From: an uncultured bacterium
Lineage (GTDB): Bacteria > Patescibacteriota > Minisyncoccia > Moranbacterales > UBA2206
Reading direction: 5' to 3'
DNA length: 64,000 bases
NCBI GenBank assembly: GCA_903831805.1
Contig: CAIKZD010000009.1
Span: forward strand, 145,192-209,191
Both the position numbers and the translations under genes were made by a program. The notes under the pieces are model-generated. The model was given only the letters and a program-made list of their open reading frames with translations. It was not told the origin of the DNA and searched no databases. Below, one piece after another: positions 9,515 to 19,700 of this stretch. Positions within the stretch are counted from its first letter, which is position 1, and each line of letters opens with the position of its first letter.

Positions 9515-10667
9515 ATAAAGCGTAATATTCTTTCGCTACATTTTGCCAGCTCAACTTGAGAGCGCGCACTCGACTGGCCTCCCCCATTTTTTCCCGCTTT
9601 TCCGGGGAATTGAGCAGTTTTTCAATTTTCGAAGCGATGTCAGTCGCATCTTTCATCTTTATAATATACCCATTCTCGCCGTCCGTCACTAATTCTTTAG
9701 TTCCGCCAGTATCTGTCGCTAAAATAGGAAGTCCGGATGACATTGCCTCAAGAACAGTATTGCTCATACCTTCATTGAGAGACGGCAGAACAAATATCTG
9801 CATACCGCCATAGAAAGCTGGCATCTCGCTATGGCTAAACGATCCTAAAAATTCCACATTGTCGTTGATACCAGATTCTTCAACCTGTCTCTCAAATTTT
9901 AGCCTTGCATTGCCGTCACCAATAATTTTTAATCGCACCTGAGGATATCTTTGCAGTAAAATCGCCGTGGCATCAATCAGATAATTTATCCCTTTCCGGT
10001 CAGTCAGACGAGAAGTGGAAACTATATTAAATTCTCCTTGGGACTCATTATTCTCTTGCGCATCATTAGGTTTGAATTTATCAGTATCAACCCCATTGTA
10101 AATCACCCCGATTTTTTGTTTCGGATTTGTTTTTAAGGCTAGTTCTTTCAGGCCAAGAGAATTGGAAATTACCGCTGCCGCTTGCCGCCAAATTAGTGAG
10201 AAAAGCGGCTTTAGCAAAGCATAAATCAAGGGCCAACGATCGGAATAGCCCGGCACATCCGAACCGCGCAGCGATACGATATAAGGAATCCCAAATTCCC
10301 ACTTGAGCAATATTGAAATGAAGCCACTCGGCAGGGTGAAAAAAGAATGGGACAGGGCATAAGGATGTTTTTCTTTTTGAGCGGTCTTGATCAAACGGCG
10401 CGAAAACCAATAGGCGCGCCAAGTATACATCAGGAGATCTTTGGTTGATTGCAAATGCAGATTGTTGGCATTTTTGCCGATGGGCAAGCGATGAATTTTC
10501 ACGTTCTCGCCAATTTTTTCCAAATGATATTTTTGGTCGACAGAAGAGGTCACCAAATCAACTTGGATATTTTCCATTTTGGCATATTCGCCCAAAATAT
10601 TAGCGGTAGCATTGGCCGCGCCGCCGCCGAGGGGCGGATATTCATAATTTAAAAAAAGAATGCGCAT
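9501..10667 (-). CDS. GT4 family (GT-B) glycosyltransferase
   Basis: EGMSNTVLEAMSSGLPILATDTGG motif. The track ORF starts at TTG 10712. ATG at 10667 gives the classic MRILFLNYEYPPLGGG N-terminus, 4 nt after the upstream stop. Confidence 0.8.
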   Translation of the reverse strand: MRILFLNYEYPPLGGGAANATANILGEYAKMENIQVDLVTSSVDQKYHLEKIGENVKIHRLPIGKNANNLHLQSTKDLLMYTWRAYWFSRRLIKTAQKEKHPYALSHSFFTLPSGFISILLKWEFGIPYIVSLRGSDVPGYSDRWPLIYALLKPLFSLIWRQAAAVISNSLGLKELALKTNPKQKIGVIYNGVDTDKFKPNDAQENNESQGEFNIVSTSRLTDRKGINYLIDATAILLQRYPQVRLKIIGDGNARLKFERQVEESGINDNVEFLGSFSHSEMPAFYGGMQIFVLPSLNEGMSNTVLEAMSSGLPILATDTGGTKELVTDGENGYIIKMKDATDIASKIEKLLNSPEKREKMGEASRVRALKLSWQNVAKEYYALYENI

Positions 10668-10671
10668 AAGC

Positions 10672-12021
10672 CTATTCAAGTTTATCTCCCCTGCCGATGG
10701 CATAATATTCAAAACCAGCTTCCTTCACCACATCCAGATCAAAAAGATTTCTGCCATCGAAGATAATAGGGTTAAGCATTAAGCCTTTGATTTTCTCAAA
10801 ATTAGGCGAGCGGTATTCTTTTGTTTCAGTGGCAATAATGAGAGCTGCACAGCCCTTCAGCATTCCATATTTATCATGCTCCTCATATGATATCCCCTTT
10901 CTTCCTTCAAGATAGATCTCCTTAGCTTCATTAATGGCCAGTGGGTCATAAGCGATAATCTCAGCTCCTTTCTTCAAAAGCTCATCAATAATAACAATGG
11001 AAGCTGATTCTCTCATATCATTAGTATTGGCCTTGAAAGCCAACCCCCAGATGGCGAACTTTTTTCCAGACAGATCTTCTCCGAATCTAGAGATGACCTT
11101 ATTTGAAATAACCGTCTTTTGATAATTATTCACTCCCTCGATAGCTTCCAGTAGATCAAGATAAGGTTGCGGAAGATTTATTTTCTTAGAAGAACTTATT
11201 AAGGCTTTAACATCTTTTGGGAAACAACTGCCACCATAGCCGCAACTGGCATGCAAGAAACTATTGCCGATTCTCGGATCACTACCCATGCCTTCCGCAA
11301 TCTGTTCGACGTCTGAACCCAAAAGTTCTGCAATAGCCGCCACTGTGTTTATATACGATATCTTCATGGCTAAATTAGTATTGGAACTATATTTAGTCAA
11401 CTCAGCTGCCCGCACGCCCATTCTATGAAAACGATCTTCTCTCATCATGAACGGCTTATACAATTTGTGCATTTTAGCCGCCACCTCGTCACTGTCCGTG
11501 CCCAAGACTATTCGACTAGGTTCCATCATATCTTTGACCGCCCGCCCCTCCGCCATAAATTCCGGATTGCTTATGACATGAAATTCAATCTGCTCTCCAC
11601 GCATATCCAATTCACTTTGGATCAAGGCCCTAACTTTTTCAGCGGTCCCGACCGGCACAGTCGATTTATCAGCCACAATGAGAGGGTGTGTCATCCGTCT
11701 TCCAATTTCATGCGCCACACTTTCCACATACCGCATATCGGCACTGCCATCGTCTCCGGGAGGAGTGCCTACGGCTATAAAAACAATTTCCGCTGAAAGA
11801 AGCGTGTCATCATAATCGGATGTAAAATGCAACAGATTTTGATCCATGCCTCTTTTGACCAGCGCTGCTAGTCCTGGCTCTTCTATTGGAAGAATCCCCT
11901 TTTTCAAATTTTCAATTTTTTTCATATCTACGTCAAGGCACCAAATCTCATTTCCCATATCAGCAAAAGCCGCCGCCAGTGGCAACCCGACAAAACCGAT
12001 CCCAACAACTCCAATTTTCAT
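10672..12021 (-). CDS. UDP-glucose/GDP-mannose dehydrogenase family enzyme, most likely UDP-glucose 6-dehydrogenase
   Basis: 449 aa. MKIGVVGIGFVGLPLA Rossmann N-terminus, GYGGSCFPKDV catalytic Cys motif, C-terminal UDP-binding domain. Confidence 0.8.
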   Translation of the reverse strand: MKIGVVGIGFVGLPLAAAFADMGNEIWCLDVDMKKIENLKKGILPIEEPGLAALVKRGMDQNLLHFTSDYDDTLLSAEIVFIAVGTPPGDDGSADMRYVESVAHEIGRRMTHPLIVADKSTVPVGTAEKVRALIQSELDMRGEQIEFHVISNPEFMAEGRAVKDMMEPSRIVLGTDSDEVAAKMHKLYKPFMMREDRFHRMGVRAAELTKYSSNTNLAMKISYINTVAAIAELLGSDVEQIAEGMGSDPRIGNSFLHASCGYGGSCFPKDVKALISSSKKINLPQPYLDLLEAIEGVNNYQKTVISNKVISRFGEDLSGKKFAIWGLAFKANTNDMRESASIVIIDELLKKGAEIIAYDPLAINEAKEIYLEGRKGISYEEHDKYGMLKGCAALIIATETKEYRSPNFEKIKGLMLNPIIFDGRNLFDLDVVKEAGFEYYAIGRGDKLE

Positions 12022-12039
12022 ATTAATAAAAGTGAATTA

Positions 12040-12978
12040 TTAGTGTGTCTCTATTTCTTTGATTGCATAATTCATCCGCCCCTGCTCTTTGTAATAGCCC
12101 CGGATAATAATGTCTGCTAAAAGGCCGAAGATGAAAAGGATGACGCCAATCATAATGAAGAAAACGCCAATGAGCGGCCAAATCTTATCCGCCAGCGAGG
12201 CCTTAAAGAATATTTTTTCCACCGCCATCCAAATGATGATAGCCAAGCCAATGAGCGACAGAACTACGCCGCTGCCACCAAAAAGATGGAGCGGGCGCGA
12301 AGAATATTTCCGCCAGAACCAAATGGAAATCATATCCACCATCCCTTTCATCCCCCGTTTCCAATTATATTTAGTCACGCCGTGCACGCGCGGAAAATGA
12401 TTGACTTTCACTTCGGAAACTTTATAGCCGTCAAACTGCAAAATGGCCGGCATAAAACGATGCATCTCGCCGAACAAATCCACGTCGCGGAAACATTCGC
12501 GTCGATAGGCTTTCAAGGAGCAACCGGAGTCATGGATGTTATCTTCAATCAAGATTTGGCGCACGAGGTTAGCCAGCCGCGAAGACAGTTTTTTCATGAA
12601 CGGATCTTTCCTCTCGGCTCGCCAACCGGCCACCACGTCAAAGCCTTCCGCCATTTTGGCCAGCAGTTTCCCGATATCACTCGGGTCATTTTGCAAATCA
12701 CCGTCCATCGTCACCACCATTTCGCCCGTAGCATTTTTTATCCCCGCGTCAAAACTGGCCGTCTGGCCATAATTCTTGCGAAAACGAATGAGTTTCAACG
12801 GCGCGAGACCCTCGCAATTCTTCACGGTCGCGTCCGTCGACCCGTCATCGATAAAGATAATTTCATATTTTTTTCCCAAAGCTTCGCAAGCATCTTTGAT
12901 GCGGCGATGCAATTCTTTGACATTCCCTTCTTCATTATAAAGTGGCACCACCACCGACAAGTCCATTTTTCCTTCCAT
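12040..12978 (-). CDS. GT2 polyprenyl-phosphate sugar synthase (GtrB/ArnC/Dpm1-like), second copy
   Basis: VVVPLYNEEGN...FIDDGSTD...MDGDLQNDP signature plus two C-terminal TM helices. Confidence 0.8.
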   Translation of the reverse strand: MEGKMDLSVVVPLYNEEGNVKELHRRIKDACEALGKKYEIIFIDDGSTDATVKNCEGLAPLKLIRFRKNYGQTASFDAGIKNATGEMVVTMDGDLQNDPSDIGKLLAKMAEGFDVVAGWRAERKDPFMKKLSSRLANLVRQILIEDNIHDSGCSLKAYRRECFRDVDLFGEMHRFMPAILQFDGYKVSEVKVNHFPRVHGVTKYNWKRGMKGMVDMISIWFWRKYSSRPLHLFGGSGVVLSLIGLAIIIWMAVEKIFFKASLADKIWPLIGVFFIMIGVILFIFGLLADIIIRGYYKEQGRMNYAIKEIETH

Positions 12979-13116
12979 AAGTTTTAAATTTATCCCCCTT
13001 AACTCTTACCCTTCAATAATATTATAATTTAGGCATTATGGCAATTACAAAAAATAGCATATAAAAAAGGCAGCCTTGACGCGACATGACCGCCTTTTCG
13101 TTTCCCCTCCTTACTT

Positions 13117-14166
13117 TTACGAAATGGATCCGACTTTCCATTTCAGTTTTTTCCCTCCGAAGAAAATCCGCACACCATTCACTTCTTCCGGCGCAGTCCA
13201 TTCCTCCTTCACGAGAGTTACTGTGCCTGTGTTAAACGGCAATCCTACAGATCTGGCCCAAGATGCGGACATGAAATTATCCAACTCACGTAGAGCATCA
13301 TGTTCCTCAAAAAGCTCAGCCAAAAGGCAAATATCTGTGAGGCCAGTATACACCCCAGCTGGCGGACTCAGTGGATCTTTCCAGCGATGAGGTGCCTTAT
13401 CAGAACAGTAATGCACTTTATCACTTCCTCCAGTCGCCGCCAAGACCAGAGCCTCCCGGTCCTCTGGATATTTATAGATCGGCATACACCATTCATCGCC
13501 TTTCGGAATATGTGAGCCATCATAAATATCAAAGAAAGTCCGGAAAAGATGATGTGCGGTAATCCCTCCAAATACATTAGATGGAGCTTCATGAAGAACA
13601 TATCTTAAAACCCTCCTGGTTGAAATATGTTCGATACTGAAAACCAGACCAGGAAAAGCTCTGACCAGAACATCAAATTCCGAAAGTGGCAGAAACTCCC
13701 TCCACACGGGTGGAGTTGTGGGATTTCCAGTCACGTCAAACTCCGATTTTTCCAGATGGACTTTTACTGACATGCCCAACTTCTCAGCTTCGAGAAAACA
13801 CGGGTATTTTTCACGGATTTCTCCCCACCTCACTCCAATTCCGGAATTAGTGGAAAAGCAATCCGCTGGCATCCATTTGATTATTCTGGCGCCAGCCGCA
13901 TAAGCCTCTCTTATACTTTGTGCGGTAGTGTTTTTAGTCAGCATGATGCTCCAGACTATCTCAATCTTGCAGCCGAGCCGTTGGAATCTTTTTCGCTCCT
14001 TGTCGATTTGCCAAGCTGTTTCAATCGGAATTTTAAAGTTGAAGATCGGGACTGCCCGTGCAAATCCAGACACGAAAAGATGTTCCAATACCATTTCCGT
14101 AATTTCATCGTCATCCCGCGGATGAAAATGCGCATCGTCCATTCTTCGTAAAGTCAGTTTTTTCAT
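13117..14166 (-). CDS. pyrC: dihydroorotase (E. coli-type class II)
   Basis: DAHFHPRDDD metal-binding N-terminus. IIKWMPADCFSTNSGIGV matches E. coli PyrC AAKLYPANATTNSSHGV. AGGAGG SD 6 nt upstream of the ATG. Confidence 0.8.
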   Translation of the reverse strand: MKKLTLRRMDDAHFHPRDDDEITEMVLEHLFVSGFARAVPIFNFKIPIETAWQIDKERKRFQRLGCKIEIVWSIMLTKNTTAQSIREAYAAGARIIKWMPADCFSTNSGIGVRWGEIREKYPCFLEAEKLGMSVKVHLEKSEFDVTGNPTTPPVWREFLPLSEFDVLVRAFPGLVFSIEHISTRRVLRYVLHEAPSNVFGGITAHHLFRTFFDIYDGSHIPKGDEWCMPIYKYPEDREALVLAATGGSDKVHYCSDKAPHRWKDPLSPPAGVYTGLTDICLLAELFEEHDALRELDNFMSASWARSVGLPFNTGTVTLVKEEWTAPEEVNGVRIFFGGKKLKWKVGSIS

Positions 14167-14179
14167 TCTTCTCCTCCTA

Positions 14180-15934
14180 TTACTCTTTGATCATACACCC
14201 GACCAATTGTCTGGTTGCAGAAAAGCCATTATTAATAGCCACTTCCCCTAATTGTCCAATCGCTTTCTTGAAAATCCGACGATCAGCAAAGCCTGACGTG
14301 CCGAGAGCCGTAGCCGTTGCACCAGCCATCATAAACTCCGCCGCCGTGTACCCATTCTCATTTCCTCCCATACCGATTGTCGGGACACTGACGGTTTCAA
14401 AGACTTGGCGAACCATCCTCATAGCAACCGGTCTGATTGCCGGTCCGGATAACCCGCCAAAGATATTGGCCAGTTTTGGTCTGCAAGTTTTAATATCGAT
14501 AACCAATCCTATCAACGTATTTATCAGCGAAATAATATCCGCCCCAGCATCTTCCACGGCTCTAGCAATAACTCTAATGTCAGAGACATTCGGCGAAAGC
14601 TTTACGATAACGGGCACGTCTGCCACTCTTTTTACTCCAGCAGTAACCTCTCCCGCCATGAGTGGGTCTGTGCCAAAAGCAATACCGCCTTTCTTGACGT
14701 TCGGACAGGAAATATTAACCTCCAAGGCGGCGATGCCTGTGCCTGCTAATCTGACAGCCAGCTCTTGATACTCCGCCTGACTTTCTCCATTGATGTTCAC
14801 TATGATTGGAATGCCAAATTCGAGCAGTCTCGGCAACGCTTCTTTGAGAAAGCGATCAATACCAATATATTCCAATCCGATGGAGTTGAGCATTCCAGAA
14901 GGCGTTTCGCATACTCTCGGCGCTGCATTGCCTCGTCGCTCATAAAGCGAAAGTCCTTTCACAACTATAGCCCCGATGCCTTTGGTGTCCACACTGCCAT
15001 CTTCAAGAGCAGTAAGGTCTAGCGTGCCAGAAGCATTTAAGAATGGATACTTGAGAGTCAAAGGACCCAAGTGGCATGTAAAATCCACTTCAGCTGGTGC
15101 CTCTTTTTCCGTTACGCGAATTAAGCCTGGTAGTGGCGCAAACTTTTCCCAATCTATCCAGTATGCATCGAAAGTCGGCCCATCACTACAAACGTGTTTA
15201 ACCTCTTTCCCGTCTTCGCCGCCAAAAATTGCGCAACCTTTGCAAGCACCCATACCACACGCCATCATTTCTTCAACGATGACTAGGCATGCGTTCCCAT
15301 ACTTCTTACAAATCTCGCTCACTCTCCTTAACATAAACTTCGGACCGCAAGCGATGACCTGGGAAGCGCCTCCATCATTACGTAAAGTTTCCTCCAATAA
15401 GTCAGTAACGAAACCGATTTTCTCAGAATCAGTTTCAGTTATGGTTTTTACATCAACTCCCAATTTGGCAAAAAAACTCATACCTGCGAGCTGGCTCTTC
15501 TTCTTGGCTCCCAAATAAACCATCACTTCCCTGCCTTCACTCTTAGCTTTTTGTACCGGCGCAACTAGAGCAGCTCCGCCAATACCGCCGCCAATGAAGA
15601 TACATTTTTGAATCTTGGGATCGAAAGAAATTCCCATTCCTTGTGGACCGAATACCTGAATTCGATCACCCTCTTCCAATCGCGAATAAGCTTCAGTGTT
15701 TTTACCCGCTACGCGGAAAAGGATTGAGAGTTCAGAACCACTGGCCTCGACGATTGTGAATGGACGGGGCATTACGGAAGTAGCGCTACCCGGAGACAGG
15801 GCAATAAATTGACCCGCATCTGCCAAGAAATCATTCCTGCCCAAATCCAACCTCAAGAGGAACGCCTCTGAGTCACTGTTTTCCGGCCGACATTCCAAAA
15901 CTGCTGCGTCATAGATCTTATCTTGTTTTTTCAT
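14180..15934 (-). CDS. fused dihydroorotate dehydrogenase class 1B: electron-transfer subunit (PyrK) joined to catalytic subunit (PyrD)
   Basis: The N-terminal ~260 aa are an FAD/NAD-binding domain with a C-terminal CGxGxCxGC...C 2Fe-2S motif (PyrK). The remaining ~320 aa are a TIM-barrel DHODH (FLNASGTLD...NISCPN...GG). It is one uninterrupted ORF. The track start is TTG 15940. ATG 15932-15934 has an AGGAGGG SD. Confidence 0.8.
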   Translation of the reverse strand: MKKQDKIYDAAVLECRPENSDSEAFLLRLDLGRNDFLADAGQFIALSPGSATSVMPRPFTIVEASGSELSILFRVAGKNTEAYSRLEEGDRIQVFGPQGMGISFDPKIQKCIFIGGGIGGAALVAPVQKAKSEGREVMVYLGAKKKSQLAGMSFFAKLGVDVKTITETDSEKIGFVTDLLEETLRNDGGASQVIACGPKFMLRRVSEICKKYGNACLVIVEEMMACGMGACKGCAIFGGEDGKEVKHVCSDGPTFDAYWIDWEKFAPLPGLIRVTEKEAPAEVDFTCHLGPLTLKYPFLNASGTLDLTALEDGSVDTKGIGAIVVKGLSLYERRGNAAPRVCETPSGMLNSIGLEYIGIDRFLKEALPRLLEFGIPIIVNINGESQAEYQELAVRLAGTGIAALEVNISCPNVKKGGIAFGTDPLMAGEVTAGVKRVADVPVIVKLSPNVSDIRVIARAVEDAGADIISLINTLIGLVIDIKTCRPKLANIFGGLSGPAIRPVAMRMVRQVFETVSVPTIGMGGNENGYTAAEFMMAGATATALGTSGFADRRIFKKAIGQLGEVAINNGFSATRQLVGCMIKE

Positions 15935-16000
15935 GGCCAATTCCCTCCTGAAATATTTTTAGGCTAATACCTGCCTTTTCACACATTTTCCGTATTTTAA

Positions 16001-16030
16001 ATGAACAAAAAGACATATAAATTTATGTCT
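16001..16030 (-). terminator. hairpin plus U-tract (terminator/attenuator) in the pyr leader
   Basis: Perfect 7-bp inverted repeat agacata/tatgtct (16011-16030), followed on the minus strand by TTTTGTT. Lies about 70 nt upstream of the pyrK-D start codon. Confidence 0.45.
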
Positions 16031-16209
16031 CCTCCTTACCAGAAAACTTAGCGCAAAAGCCGCTAAAAAGCAAGTTTTCAGCGGAAAACAAAAAGCACGC
16101 ACCTGTAGAAGTGCGTACCGAAAATTTCACTATACTCTAAAAAGCTTAGCAAACTATGGTCATAAACAATTTTATTTGCGCAATGGAAGCCGGCTTTCCT
16201 TGCAATGAT

Positions 16210-16239
16210 ATTGTATCAGTGTACCGTCATCACTGTCAA
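16210..16239 (-). promoter_or_regulatory. sigma70-like promoter for the pyr operon (minus strand)
   Basis: Reverse complement reads TTGACA-N18-TACAAT. A near-palindrome centred on GCCGGC (16177-16209) sits just downstream of the -10. Confidence 0.4.
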
Positions 16240-16262
16240 GCACCGTCCTGTGGATAACTTTT

Positions 16263-16305
16263 CTTCCCTACACCCTCACCCTCTCCAAATCTTCCAACAG
16301 AATAT
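16263..16305 (-). repeat. orphan copy of the 3' end of a large LCAT-like protein gene (encodes ...ILLEDLERVRV*)
   Basis: About 42 nt nearly identical to 21353-21395, the true 3' end of CDS 21358..24597 (...ILVEDLERVKV*). It lies downstream of the 133-aa membrane protein gene. Confidence 0.5.
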
Positions 16306-16315
16306 CCATCACTGT

Positions 16316-16717
16316 CTACTCCCGCACACCCCGCCTGGCATCCCAAACAATTTTTACCAGACTCAAAATGACAAAGAGTGAAGCCATCCAGATGGAAATT
16401 TCTTCCTTGCTGGGCCCGCCGAAAGACAGGAGACCCTCATGATGTTCCGGGGTAACGACAATAACAAGTATAGACAACACTATCCAGACCCCGGCAAAGC
16501 GAAGCCATTTGAGGAATAATTTGTCGGTAATGAAGAAGAGGAAAATAGAAATTATCAAAATGGCAGCAAAAATATGAAATGTAGCCATAACCATTTCGTT
16601 ATTACCCCAAAAACATCTGGAAATCTTGTAATTGCACGGTAAAGAATATAGTACAAATAAGACAGAAGCATTAGTAATTGTTAACATAAACCTCCACCAC
16701 CATGTTTTTTTTCCCAT
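16316..16717 (-). CDS. small integral membrane protein (hypothetical)
   Basis: 133 aa, 3-4 TM helices, 10 nt downstream of the large gene. Confidence 0.4.
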   Translation of the reverse strand: MGKKTWWWRFMLTITNASVLFVLYSLPCNYKISRCFWGNNEMVMATFHIFAAILIISIFLFFITDKLFLKWLRFAGVWIVLSILVIVVTPEHHEGLLSFGGPSKEEISIWMASLFVILSLVKIVWDARRGVRE

Positions 16718-16727
16718 TTTTTTATTT

Positions 16728-19700
16728 TTATAAATTATCCTTAATAAACTTCAAATCCTCAATGAGAATATCTTTTATGGCTGGAGCATAATTTTTTTTA
16801 TCTTTTTGGACCAGCTTAATCATAACATCGAATTGATTTTCCAGCTGTCTTTCAATGGCCGCTATGAGAACTTTTTTCGCTCTCCAGTTGATAAAAGGAT
16901 TGGCCTCAATCATCTTCAAAAGTTTATCCGCCTCTTCAATAAGCTTCATGCCGGATAAGAGGACATTTTTTCCCGACTTGCCTTTGATCAGTCCATCTTG
17001 ATAGTATTTTTCCACACTATCGCGAAAAATGGAAGGCGTCATTGCATAGGCTTCTGGTAAAGTTGCTTCTCCATTGACAATCGGTGACACCGTATAGTCA
17101 ATTTTCTCATCTCCATCAAAATCAGCTCTGATTTCTGAAACATTGGAAAGACCATCCTCAGGAATATAGAAAGATACGTTCGTTTTTTCCGACACCGGCA
17201 GATTGGCAAAAGTAGTTTGCGAGAGAGCTTTCTCATTACCCCCGACCAAGGCAATTTCCTCCAGTTTGAGCGTGTAAGCCCCACTGCCATAACCTTCCAT
17301 TTCAATGCGAATATTTTGCCCTTCGGGGAAACCGACATATTTTCGCTCTCCGAATTGCTGATAGTAACTATTGGGAATGTTTTCTTCGAAAATAGTACGC
17401 TCATTTCCATTCTCATCGGTAATTATTTTTGGTCCTGTGTGGTTGTTTTTTTCGTCATACAGATGGATGTCCAGTGGAGAATGGAGAGACATACGAATGC
17501 GTGGCTTAGCATTGGCATAATCTTCAGGGCGAGAAGTTTTTATGTATTCCGGCAGAGAAGCTTGATTTTCGTTTTTAATAATGTCTGAAATAAAGCGATT
17601 AATTGAATCTGATTCAAGAATATTACTATGATCTACGTCAGGATTAACATCATTATATCTATATAAATCCATCCAATACTTTTCTGTGTTACTATTCCCC
17701 GACATCATCAATGCACTGGGGGTGGTGACTATCTCATCTCCATCCACTGTCCACTTCGGTTCATAAATCGGTTCATATTCTCCTATTCCTGTGCACGATG
17801 GGATTTTCGCTCCCGGAGCAGCATAACATTTCACCTTTTCTTTTTCGGCATAGCTTAAACCGCTGATTGTATCCAATCCCCAGCCGGCAATTTGAATTAA
17901 TTTTATGTTTTCCGGCAAATTCCAAGAGTCAAGATTTTGATGCGTCTGATCTGCCTGCTCCAAAAGATTCTTCTTAAGAATGTTTTCTGATTCTATTTCG
18001 TTTTCAGCCGGCTTTACTCGTCCGTCTTTCTCTCCCGTCAAAAAATCCTGAAACTCATCGAATTCGCCTTTTCCAATGGATTCTCCATAATCCTCTTTGA
18101 ATTTTTTGTAACGCGTGTTATGAGCAGGATTAACAGCGGAAAAATCAATCAGCGGTTCTTCCAGACGATTGAAATATTCTCTCGATGGCAGAAGGCCGTA
18201 CGCTCCCGGCATGTTCTCTGCCAATTTCCTGGCTTCCGCGCGGTTCATAAGTGATCCACCAATCATTTCTTCATCATAACCATACAGCAGTGAAAGGACA
18301 CCCTTCGGCGTTCCCATCTGCGGCGTGCCGACCAGAATAATTTTATCAACCATTTCAGTTTTCCCCATCTCTTCCAGTCTTTTCACAATAGCTTTAGCAA
18401 GAAGCCCGCCATTGGAATGCGCCACGATGGTCACTTTTTTGTTTTGAGAATCCTCAGCCAGCTTTTCAAGCTCGCCTACGGCTGATTTTGTTTCTTCTTC
18501 ATAAGGCGTTCCATATCCAGCTACATCCTCAACACTTTGTCGCCAATCATAAGCGAATAAATTATAATCATCGATGGTTAGATTTTCTTTTAAGGAGTTA
18601 AGATTCGCCCTAAATGTCTTGTATATATTGTTGCCAATTACCGGCGCTCCAACTTCTTCGATAATATCTCGCGTATAAACATCATTAATGCTTCCTCCAT
18701 CCTCATCCAAGGCAAGCTCCGACACATCATTGCCAAAATAGTTCGGCGGCCACAATTGATCCTCACTTCCCAATACCCCCTTTTTATACAATTTACTCGC
18801 CTTTATCCCAGGTAAAAACATCACGCTGGAATTTTCAGAGAACAGGTCCCATTTAGTATTATGATAGCCGTTAGTAAGGGCACCATTTATCACCCCTTCT
18901 CCACCAATTGACGAACTAAGATTGAATTTTGGACCGTCCGGACTGTCATACCAATTATTCTCCAACACCAACATATTGAGAAGATTGGAATTGGACGCCA
19001 ATCCCGGACCATAAATATTGGAAATGACCGCCATATCATCAACGTTGTTTTCAAAATTTGACCTTATGATTTTCAAACTATCATTTTGATTCCTACTCCT
19101 GACTCTCAAATCAACGTTGACATCCACCCCTGCGTTATCGGAAAATTGACAACTCTCAAGGCGCAACTTTCCACCATAGAAATCCAGCGCCGCTTGTCCG
19201 TAATCCGTAGCATAAGCAGAATTAATGAAAGAATGTAAGAAATTTTGAAAGACTTGGCAATTTTGGCACGTTCCGCCCCCGCTTTCCGGGCTTTCCCCTC
19301 CACCGGATATTTTCACATATTTCAAACGCGATTCAGGAGAAGATGTTTTACCAGAATTGTCATAATACAGATCATTCCTAAAATATATCAGGCTACCGCG
19401 ATGCTTTGTCTCTTTGCTTGAAATATAGATTGGGTCATCATGAGTTCCTTCGGCGAGGATGCGTCCTCCTAAAATAGAAATACTTGTGTTATCCCCCGAA
19501 CTATCCTTCATGAATTCAATTTTTGCACCAGGTTCAATGGTAAGCGTGGCTCCTCCATATACATGAATTGATTTGTTGAAAACGTATAGGCCTTTTTGCA
19601 ATGTGACATCTTTTTTTATATCACAACCGCTATCCTCGGCATTGGCGCATATGCCCCCATCCGCCACTTCAGCTGCCACAGTCGGATGAGAATAAAAAAT

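Noticed and set aside
12286-12987. 233-aa plus-strand ORF antisense to the GT2 gene 12040..12978
   Set aside because: It fully overlaps a well-supported GT2 gene on the other strand. It is His/Phe-rich with no motif, a typical antisense artefact.
14187-15518. Plus-strand ORFs of 193, 85 and 180 aa antisense to pyrK-pyrD
   Set aside because: They are antisense to a gene with unmistakable PyrK/PyrD motifs. Their composition is low-complexity Ala/Pro/Ser.
16031-16140. PyrR-binding loop in the pyr leader
   Set aside because: The hairpins are present, but the conserved PyrR loop consensus (UCCAGAGAGG-like) is not visible. Only generic attenuator-like structures are reported.
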